A DNA stretch of 61,556 nucleotides, the filler included, from Corallochytrium limacisporum Hawaii (Eukaryota > Protista > Pluriformea), in assembly GCA_002811645.1 (NCBI GenBank). It is 4 parts of 3 records of this genome, joined end to end, with 100 filler letters (N's around TTAATTAATTAA, not from the genome) between each part and the next. Parts side by side here need not be neighbours in the genome. Positions count along the whole stretch, not along the records: positions 31,996 to 61,556 come from PDIP01000141.1; 3 more parts are not named here. One strand, written 5' to 3'. Below are positions 52,593-61,556 of the stretch, one piece after another (the stretch's first letter is position 1; each line of letters begins with the position of its first letter). The translations under genes were made by a program, and so were the position numbers. The notes below the pieces were generated by a model. It saw only the letters and a program-made list of their open reading frames with translations, did not search any database and was not told the DNA's origin.

Positions 52593-54450
52593 TTCGTTTC
52601 GCGGTCGGAGGGCAGTCTCTCCAGCAATGAAATAAAATAGACTCCCGATTAGCTCCTGGGGTCAGGGCAGTCGCCTTGGTGCAGAACTTTCTAGTGTTCG
52701 TAGGTTTTGGTCCTTATGAAGATCACGAAGGTGAATATCCTCGCAGATGAAGGGCATGTAATCGTACGGTGACATTCCATACTCCATGAACGATTGCATA
52801 CTGCGTTGCACTTCACCGTATTCTATTGTGGACAAAACCAAGACAAATGAGAGCAAACAAGAAGGACGAGAGCAAGGAAGATTGTAGTCAAACCGGCACA
52901 TGGCAAACGTGAGTTACACTTCGATATATCCGACTCTAGCTCTAGCATTCTCGATGGCCAGCGTACTCAATGTTCGAGATATCACCACGAAATCCTAGAA
53001 AAGCCTATGCAGTCCAGTCAACACTGTCCCTTCTGATCCATTGTGTCTGCCTTCGGAGGAGGGCTCATGCCTGGGAGCCGAAGCGAGAACCTAAGGACTG
53101 CAACTCATTGCGAATACCACCGTTGGATTCAGCATTCACTTCCAGAGCGTCTTCATGAAACAATACGTGAGTGGCCTTTCGGGGGGTTGGGGGGTCTAAC
53201 CTCTCCTTACCCGGTTTTCGTCCGAATAAACTTGGTGTAAGTTGACTCAGCATAAAATAATTATACCACAAACTCAAATGGTATTCATTACCACAGAAAG
53301 TCCTGCGCCTGTTATGCGCCTAGGATCTAACATACCAGACTCATACACTCCTGCCAGCCAGTCTTCATTAAGTGTTTTCAAATATTGAGGTACATACCAT
53401 CCTTGGGCACCCGGGGCATGTCAATCTTAGGTATTTTAGCCAACTTACTTGCGATTGGCCCTGGTTGCTGCCGGCTCCTCGACTCCAGATTTACTGCAGA
53501 AAATCGGAAAGTGGGCACAGGCCCAGATCTACTCTTCTCATTTAAGGGAATCCTTTTATGGGCAAGTATTGCGCAAATTTCCCTTTTGCTCACTATACGG
53601 CTGCACTGCCGGTATCAGTCCCTTCCCCAGGGAAACCTCCATCGATCGCGTCTTACTACCGGTGCTTCGACGGAGGAAACGCCATCTTGTGGCTGCAGTG
53701 GTCCTTGACCTTTCGATTTGACAGAACACAGTGGGCAGGGAAACACATGGAGGATCTGGGAGAGCTACCAACGTAATCCGTCGACTCGTCAAAGAAAGCC
53801 AGCAAGTTTTGCCGAGAATTATGGCAAAACAAGGTTGAGTAATCAAGAATGGGTCTGTTGCCCTCTGTGTCCGCACCCTTACCCACTTCGCCGCCCAGGC
53901 GATGGGTGCGCAGGTCACTATGCCTCTACCACCCGCATTTTGAGATCTCTGGCCCCGCCCTCCCCCCTGATGGCTCTGTGATTGTCCTTGGCACAGCAGT
54001 GGATGGACACTACGCGAAGACGAGAAATCGGGAGCCATAGAAAATGGAAGACATGTAGGGTGTATTCTGTTGCTGACCTGCAACGCTAATTTTTTTTCCT
54101 GTGCGCAAGGCGCGCACAGACTTCGCAGTTGAAATAGTCAAAAGGTTGGTAGGAACGAAGTCGGTGAGCGAGAGGGGCTTTGGGGGAAGGAGAACTAGAC
54201 CCCTTCAGACTGTCTTCGATGCTGTGCGTCCACGTACCGCCTTCGAACAGCCCTTATTCCGAAGATCACACAGGAAATCAATTACTGAAGACCTCAGGGC
54301 CTCCTAATGAGACAGCTATATTGCTTGAAGTCACTTGCACGAAAGGGTACTTAAACCATCCTGCGCTCATTTGGATACTTGAGATCCTCAGACACAGATC
54401 TCGAACCTAAAGACTATGATCATCAGGGAAGATATTTTGCATCATTAACC

Positions 54451-55170
54451 ATGCTCTCAAAGCTTGCCATCGTTACTTTTGCTTTTGCCATGGGCGCTCA
54501 GGCCAGACCCTCTGGGTCTGCCGCTGAACCGTCCTCCGGCAGCCCTTCTTCAACTGGTGCGGACACCACTCAAACTGACATTCCTGGAGAGATCTACGAG
54601 GGTTGCTCTCTGCCCCTCAGCTACCGCGGTTGGACGGACTGTGACAACATCTTCGAACCTTATCAAGACATCCTGAAGTCTCAAGGTTCTGATAGCTTCC
54701 ATGGTCAAATATGGTACAATGTGCAGGGTGAGATTCAACGACAGTTCGGCGAGAACGGCGACTGCAACTTCCTTGGTATCGATCGCATTCGATTCTATCC
54801 CCAATATGACTACGCCTATGACTACTACACTTCCCGTCTATCTGTTTGGAACGGAGACACGGAAATCACGTTCCGCTGTCCCTCTCGTAATAACAATCTG
54901 GTTGTGAGGATTGACGGCCCCAGTGATCAAACTCCAACTCGCCTGGACTGGAATTCTCCCTGGTACTCTGGAGTCTACGGCTCCGTCCTCTACAACCAAG
55001 ACGAACCCGTTCCGCGTGGTAAATATCCACCTCTCTTCCAAACCGATAGTGGTTCCGCCCGATGCAGGGTCGTCTTCAGAGGTGAAGATGAGGAGGCTTT
55101 CCAACAATTTGTCCGCCAGAATGCGGTGCTTGACGACGCACCTGGCGAGAATGAAGAGGACGAAGACTAA
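54451..55170 (+). CDS. Secreted protein of unknown function (239 aa), Tyr/Trp/Asp-rich
   Basis: Signal peptide MLSKLAIVTFAFAMGAQA from ATG 54451, a Ser/Thr linker, a globular domain with 5 Cys, and strong C/T-ending codon bias. Confidence 0.82.
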   Translation: MLSKLAIVTFAFAMGAQARPSGSAAEPSSGSPSSTGADTTQTDIPGEIYEGCSLPLSYRGWTDCDNIFEPYQDILKSQGSDSFHGQIWYNVQGEIQRQFGENGDCNFLGIDRIRFYPQYDYAYDYYTSRLSVWNGDTEITFRCPSRNNNLVVRIDGPSDQTPTRLDWNSPWYSGVYGSVLYNQDEPVPRGKYPPLFQTDSGSARCRVVFRGEDEEAFQQFVRQNAVLDDAPGENEEDED

Positions 55171-57044
55171 ATCATTCATTGTTGTACCGGCGTCTCCTTC
55201 CATTTGACATCTTTTGAGTTGACTTTACTTTCGACGTTAAATATCGGAGCTGACCTACCCCTGCTGTACTCAACAATTCCACGCCGGGTCAAAGGGAGTC
55301 TCTTAAAGAAAATGATGCGTATATCAATAAAGAGTCCGTACAATGATCAGCATGAGAGTTCCATGTGATCTTTTTTATTGCAAATTAGTGACCCAGCAAC
55401 ATAATGGAGAGCAAGATATACAACAGACTCTCGACAGATCTTCGTAGCGTTTAGCATTGGAGCCCCAGGTCCCCATCGGTCAGTGGTTCCACATCGTTCG
55501 AAAAAGCAACCTACTTCTTCCCTCCGTCGAACCAAGAAGTACTCCAAACCTCCAACTCAAGTGCGATCTTTCTTAGTCCTGATGGCACAGATATTTATGT
55601 CGACAACACTGTCAATCAGAGTTTTCAACATGCCACTGCCTTGAGCGAACCCCATGTTGAAGTTTCCTTTCCACCAGCAGCCCAAAGTGACTTGAGTGCG
55701 TTTCGTCCAGTAGGGGTTTGGAAAGCTCTGGTCTGATCTGGCCACCGATACCCTCCCCCCCCCCAACGCGAACAAGGTTTTTGCGAACTGTTATTTCAGA
55801 CACAGTGTATGTCACCATCAATAGATCGTAATGCGGGCCGCCAAGTCTTAGGTGTTACCAACAGGTATTTTTCCTTCGAATTCTGGGAAGGCATCATCCT
55901 ACTTTTAATATGTGTCTATCGGTTTCATTTTTTTTTATGGACTGCAACTCCGTTCCCAGCCATTCGTACCACGGGGTTTCCGTTTAAACGGGGTTCCACT
56001 GGAGAGTGACATTTCGGTCCGGCCCGTGCCAGTTCGGCGCCAAAGCTTAGACCAGCTGTGTGCGTGCTACTGGAAGCTCAAACAATGGTACCGAAACCTG
56101 CATACGCGTACCCAAGGTGAACTACATAGCTCCATAGTGGCTAGTGACATGGCAGCCTATCATAACCAGGATGGCACGGTTCCGCATCAAGACTGGTAGC
56201 TATAGGGACGATATAACAGTTGCATGGATAGCACCACGCTGAAAGCAGCATCACTGTATTCAAATTTCGAAACGAGAGTGCAGCAGATAGCTTGTTGGAT
56301 TTTCTCCTTGAACAAGAATGTGGGCCTTTGTACCTCTGGATCACCTTTGCACACCCTGCCAATAGCGCGATATCCAGAAATGGGAAGCAGGCTGATGGTT
56401 TTGGGCAGTGCACCTCCCGCATTCCTTGTCTTCCCGGATTTTTGCCCCCTTCCATTAACGTCCCAGCCAATACCTGCGCTCGAAACTCCGAGGACCTGAT
56501 CCGGTTCGGTGATCACTGCCCAAGTTTTCTGAAATCACAACTGGCTGGCGCGCACTGTCCCAATTGAAGGCGCCGCAAGATGTCTTATGTATTCGTCTCT
56601 TCTTGAGGTTTACCACCGTAGGTTTGGCCGCCATCAGTACCCTCAGTTCACTGATACAGAAAGATGGTGCAAAGGGCGAAATACTTACGGACCCCTCTTT
56701 CTGAGAGACATGTGAGCACCCGACAGCTGTGTGCTACCCATTGTGATATGAAAGACGGACGTAGCCGCCCTTTTCATATGCATGGTGCCCGTCAATTCAC
56801 AGCAGTCTCCGAGCGGTTTGAAAAACTGACCTAGTTGCCGGTCGCTGTGCTTTCTGTTGTTGTCAGATTCTCAGCAATATTTGGCTTTGTCATACCAGTG
56901 GTACTACGCAATCTTATTATTATTCTAGTTTGGTATATACATATGGCATACACTAGTAGCAGTTGAGTTACTGTTTGTCACATAGAAACACTACGCAAAA
57001 GGGTGTTGGATTCGACGGCCAGCCGTCATTCGTTCCCGTGTGGT

Positions 57045-59255
57045 CTAGACTCTGTTGTTGGGGTCATTTTCGGAGGTCTGTGAGCTTGTGTCAAATGTTC
57101 CATTTCTGCGCCTGTATACGACAAATCCGACGCCGACAAGGCCGACGAAGACAGCAGCACCAATAACGGAGCCAACAACAACGGGAATTGAGGAAGCTGA
57201 AGAGCCCTTAGAATCAACTGAGCCACCCTCAACGGGACTGTTCGATTCATTGTTCGGGGCGTTGTTCGAGTTAGGGTTCCGGTCGATGGGCTCAGGAGCT
57301 TCACTCACACAGTCAACATCATCTTCATCATTGCATACCATTGTGCCAAACTCTTTTACATCGCCAGGCTGGACATTTACGAAGACCTTTCCAAAACTAT
57401 CTGTCACTGCCCCGTTCATGCTGGGTAGTGGGATGCCTTCCAGCGGCACTTTGCAGCCTTCGGAGCTGCCACTGGGCACACTGATTTTCAGATAGTTCAC
57501 ATTCTCGCCGTCGCCGCGCTGCATAACGACCTCTGGATTGCAGTTCTGCAGAGCCAGGCGGTCCGTGAAAATGCCGGCTAGGTCGTCATGCTTATGAGAA
57601 ATGAAGGGCAGATCAAGATACTCGTGCATCTTCTCAGCCAGGGTGGAGACGTGTAGGGTGAGCAAGCTCTGCTTCTTACCATTGTAGGTGAAAGTGTTCA
57701 TGTTGGCTTGATGGTACATTAAGGGATCTTGACGCAAGGACATGATCTTAGGAACCAAAAAGCCACTGTCGTACTTCAGGAGGTCATCAGTGGTATTGAA
57801 TTCAGGGTAGCCAAACATTTGCCAGATTGCCAAATTTATGTCAGCATTAGCTGCGTCCCAGGCAATCAGAGTGTTCCAACGGGGGATCAGGGCCAAGCCG
57901 GCGTATCCGTTGGTTTCAAGCTTGGTGATGAAGGGTAGATAGTTGTTGTTGTCCTCCGCTGTGTAGTTATGGGCCGCATAATCGTTTTGGGAAAGCGTGG
58001 ATTTGATACCCAAATCAGCCATAGCCTTTATCACGTTCCCGTTCTGCAAACCCGAATATTCGCCCAAAATAACGCCACGAGACCAGGTCCCAGCTTTGTC
58101 GAAGTGGAAAGCAGCAAGGGCTGATTGTTCATTGTACTCTAACTCCAATTTAGCATCTGCGTTGTCTAGAATCGCCATGTTGACGTGCGTCATTGTATGA
58201 CTCATCCAGTTGAAATTCTTAGCCCACCTATCTGTGGCCGCCATTTTGGCCAGGGGGAACTTGTCGAACCACTCGTTCCAGTTTGTGGTCTCCCACCATT
58301 TGTCTTCCCAAGGTCTTGTGTAGTGAGGAGGATTGTCACCTACTTTGACGTAATCATCAGGTGCTCTCTCATCATTGTCGAACGGGTCGCCCCACTCGAA
58401 GTTTGATGTGTTACCACCATGGAAGATAGCCATGTCGTTGACGCAGAGGTTGAATTTCAAACTGTCGCCATGCTGGTTGTTCCAATCATCTTTCCAGGTG
58501 ATATGCCAGTCGACATCGTCTGGTCCCACCAAATGGTCGGTACGATTGAACATGTCATCACTGAGGAACATGTCATCGATCTGCGGACTGAGACTGATTT
58601 GGACCTTACCCAAAAACGAACCCTTCGTGACCCAAAAGAGAGCGGCATACTGTAGTGCTAACCCGCAAATACTGGAGTCGACCATATCACTCAATACATA
58701 GCCTACATCACTCTCGGAATTCACATACATGACTGCTTCATTTGGGTCACTATTGAGGCTGACAATGGTGGTCATATCGTCTGGGCTTTGCACATAGTCG
58801 TAGGTTACGTCGGGACAATCCCATGCTTTACCACGGGTGGTAGTACCGCTAAGGAACTCTGTATCTTCAGTGACTGGCACTACTAAGGACGTATCTGTGG
58901 CGGGCTTCCTATCACCTTCATTAGGACCACCCCAGTTTACACTTAGCCAGCGAGCACTGTACTTGCTGAGGTAATCCATAATGGTCTTCGAGTCATCATC
59001 GCTCACAGGTCCGTGTGTGATGATGCAGCTGACTTCACCCAGATTATCGTTTTCTAGAGTGGTGGTGCCTAGTGCATCAGAGAACTTCAAGGGAATCCCT
59101 GCTCCTCTGAAGACCTGCAGACCCTGCCCGTCAGGGTTACCGATGACAGCGCACTGGAGCTTTGTTGCGAGTTTGTAGTCGTCTGCAAGAACAAATGTTG
59201 CCCCAAAGACCAGAGGGGTCAAGAGGACCGAGATCCAAGACTTACGGTCGTCCAT
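57045..59255 (-). CDS. Agd3-like (CE18) polysaccharide deacetylase, single-pass membrane-anchored
   Basis: Signal peptide; QIDDMFL, WMSHTMTH (metal-binding HxxxH), SGLQNG...A..DLGI, IPRW and RQDPLMYHQANM match Agd3-type motifs; then an Asn/Ser linker, TM IPVVVGSVIGAAVFVGLVGVGFVVY and RRR. Confidence 0.82.
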   Translation of the reverse strand: MDDRKSWISVLLTPLVFGATFVLADDYKLATKLQCAVIGNPDGQGLQVFRGAGIPLKFSDALGTTTLENDNLGEVSCIITHGPVSDDDSKTIMDYLSKYSARWLSVNWGGPNEGDRKPATDTSLVVPVTEDTEFLSGTTTRGKAWDCPDVTYDYVQSPDDMTTIVSLNSDPNEAVMYVNSESDVGYVLSDMVDSSICGLALQYAALFWVTKGSFLGKVQISLSPQIDDMFLSDDMFNRTDHLVGPDDVDWHITWKDDWNNQHGDSLKFNLCVNDMAIFHGGNTSNFEWGDPFDNDERAPDDYVKVGDNPPHYTRPWEDKWWETTNWNEWFDKFPLAKMAATDRWAKNFNWMSHTMTHVNMAILDNADAKLELEYNEQSALAAFHFDKAGTWSRGVILGEYSGLQNGNVIKAMADLGIKSTLSQNDYAAHNYTAEDNNNYLPFITKLETNGYAGLALIPRWNTLIAWDAANADINLAIWQMFGYPEFNTTDDLLKYDSGFLVPKIMSLRQDPLMYHQANMNTFTYNGKKQSLLTLHVSTLAEKMHEYLDLPFISHKHDDLAGIFTDRLALQNCNPEVVMQRGDGENVNYLKISVPSGSSEGCKVPLEGIPLPSMNGAVTDSFGKVFVNVQPGDVKEFGTMVCNDEDDVDCVSEAPEPIDRNPNSNNAPNNESNSPVEGGSVDSKGSSASSIPVVVGSVIGAAVFVGLVGVGFVVYRRRNGTFDTSSQTSENDPNNRV

Positions 59256-59411
59256 ATTTGAAGTATAAGCTCAATTACTGTTATAATTTAGATCAGTCCT
59301 CTCACAACTCTTGTCAAGGGCTTTCTGGTTTATTGATATCGCGGACAATTTGAGAGACTGGATAATACTATTGATTACTACGAGATCGGCAAAGAGCTTA
59401 CTAGACATCTC

Positions 59412-59420
59412 CTTTATATA
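59412..59420 (-). promoter_or_regulatory. Candidate TATA box (TATATAAAG) ~160 bp upstream of the Agd3-like gene
   Basis: Consensus TATAWAWR on the coding strand; no TSS data available. Confidence 0.35.
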
Positions 59421-61556
59421 GCTTAGACCGGATCATTACGAAAGCAAAGAGTTCTGGAGTAAAGAGCAAAGCGATCGGGAAAACCTGAACTTTGCCAAAG
59501 ACCATTCCCCTAAAAGGCAATGCGAGGACGAATTGCTGAAAACCATGGACCTTGCACTCGGGAAACCCCTGTGCATGGACCACGGTGTTGCATCGCCCGA
59601 AGATCAAATCATAACCATATTGGGGTTCCAGTATTGGGAAGATTTGGCAGTACTTGTTGTGGAGATAGGATGCTGCTTTTTATTGGAAATCAAATATCAA
59701 CAGAGGGGCCACCATTCGGAGACGTCCAGCTACGCATTCTTAGTTCTCCGAGCTTGGGCAAACACTTCTCCTTCGGGAGGGCAGACGGGGTGAAAACTCG
59801 CCTCCTCCTTCTTCTTTCCCTTCCCCCAGGCTGAGGGCCTATTTCCCCAGCGGTAGTGTTGAGGTCCATAGAAGGAAGTATTTCCAGCCGCACCATTAAT
59901 CGCATATGCTTACAAGGTTATCGTTTGCGGAGCATTCAAAAATTTGGGAGCTTTTCACGGTGGTGGTTCACGTCACCCCCGCTTGGAATATTAATCTCTC
60001 TCCACTGCATTGTGGAAGAATTGTCTGGTGAATAGAGCTGGCTAGGACTCTAGCCGTGAGTTAGGTGTTCAAACTCTTCTGTCCCTGGACAAAGTGCGGG
60101 GAAGCGTTCAGTGCTTGACTTTGATGTAAATGTGAAATAATTGTAAAATTTCTGGGTGCCTATGACGGCTATGACGGAGGCATCTAGAAGTGCGAGTGTG
60201 CCTGGTGATAGCGCCTTATCAACCAGAGAGCGCTAAGGTGAACTAGCACAGTTATTGCATTCTTTGTGGCGGTTTCGTTAGGCACCGTCATTGGCATTTC
60301 GCGTACCAGACTCCATAACGATCCCCGTTGGTGACGTTCCAGGGGCATCGTATTTATAGCGCTAACTTATCAAAATGCCCTGGTCGTCTTATTGCCAAAC
60401 AGCATTCCACCCGCATTCAAGGAAGGCTAATGTGTCTGCATCGTTCAGGTCACCAGCATGGCGCTTCTTCATGAAACACCAGAGGGTTGGCTTGTCTTTC
60501 GCTGCTGTCGCGTACCATTAAAGCTTGGTTCATTTCGTGCAAGCCGTGGAATTATACGGCGAGGCCAATTCCTTTTCGTTATGCGTACACCTATAAACGT
60601 ACCTTTTTCATTGCCCTCGATGCGTTAGGAATTAATCCGAAGAGAGAATGGTTAAGGGGGAAAAATGACAACTGGTTACCAAATTGGACCTCCAAGGTGT
60701 CCAATGCGGCAATGTACAGGTGCAACCATAACTTCACCAGGTGAACCCCAAGGCTAACCTCAGCCCAAGCACTAGAATTTGAAGATGAGCTTAGTGGTTG
60801 TGTTGCTGTTGGTGGTAGCTATGTGCACATTCAAGATGCCTCATCATGTGGGCTCCTGCTGACGCTGACCGGCTTGGATTTACGACGAATTGTCACGGAA
60901 CTAGAGAGATTTTTTCATTAGCACAGCTGCCATAGTAATAGTTCTCCATTTTCCTGCCCCACGCCCCCCCGATTACCGGTCCACTTTCCACTTCGGGCAG
61001 TGCTCCATTTGTTCGAGCTGATAATTGGTGTCCTATAAGAGACACACAGCCGAATTGTAGCCAGCGGATCTGCTTCTGCTGATCCACTATGTATTGCATG
61101 ACTGTGTTCTGCTAATGGGAATGAATATATACGAAACCTCATCAGTTCTTGATGTTATCGTTGTAGAAAGTCTTCAAGGAATGCATATAAGTACTACGAA
61201 GTAATAAAACCGTGCAGACAAATAGAACTCAGAACCGTGCACCACACTCTCGCCTGACATATGTCCCCGGACTATTGTCCATACGCCGGAAACGAAGAGG
61301 AAGAGGACATAATTCATCATTGGTACCTACGTCACACATGAGTCGAAGAAATGACTAAGACTTCCACATATCGGCTCAAACGGCTGTAGAGAAGACATAT
61401 AAACAGATATTCAACGCAGGCCTGGTATGCTGGAAATAGTACTTCCAGCTTCCAGAAAACACCTCTCAATCAGGTCAGGTGCGGTATTGAAGTGGTAGTC
61501 AGGCGAGCTCATGGCCGAGAGGCATAAATAGCACATCATACGGACACCAAGGACCT

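Noticed and set aside
53449-53721. AGSSTPDLLQKIGKW...Y resembling a tyrosine-recombinase C-terminal box
   Set aside because: No HxxR box or upstream Arg motif, and no element ends visible.
61410-61556. Open minus-strand frame running off the window edge as a possible gene 3' end
   Set aside because: Under 50 codons with no recognisable motif; cannot be supported without the adjacent sequence.

Overview
Eukaryotic chromosome end, not a prokaryotic or viral window. It begins with a (CCCTAA)n tract (TTAGGG-type telomere). About 18 protein genes are visible, each a single uninterrupted ORF. There are three zones. (1) 1-26 kb is a gene-sparse subtelomeric zone in which all 7 recognisable genes point toward the telomere: an aerolysin/ETX-MTX2-like pore-forming protein, a degenerate receiver-domain protein, a bacterial-type GH55 beta-1,3-glucanase, a secreted tandem knottin/polyproline protein, an IDO, and two FG-GAP beta-propeller type I membrane receptors whose tails carry Tyr and RxLPxxP docking motifs. 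(2) After a ~6 kb microsatellite-rich spacer without convincing genes, 32.6-52.2 kb is a compact housekeeping block: a large disordered protein, DHRS7B-like SDR, ATG4, HACD/PHS1, a Vac1/rabenosyn-like double-FYVE protein, DBP8/DDX49, a hot-dog thioesterase, a probable PAC1/PSMG1 and a PPR protein. (3) 54-59 kb holds a secreted orphan and a membrane-anchored Agd3-like polysaccharide deacetylase. Poly(C)/poly(G) tracts, often fused as CnGn, recur a few hundred bp upstream of genes. There are four assembly gaps, three carrying an artificial TTAATTAATTAA linker. The combination of TTAGGG telomere, intronless conserved genes, phosphotyrosine-style tails, a receiver domain and fungal-like enzymes suggests an intron-poor unicellular opisthokont such as Corallochytrium; this is inference only. 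All family calls come from motif recognition by eye; no database search was run.
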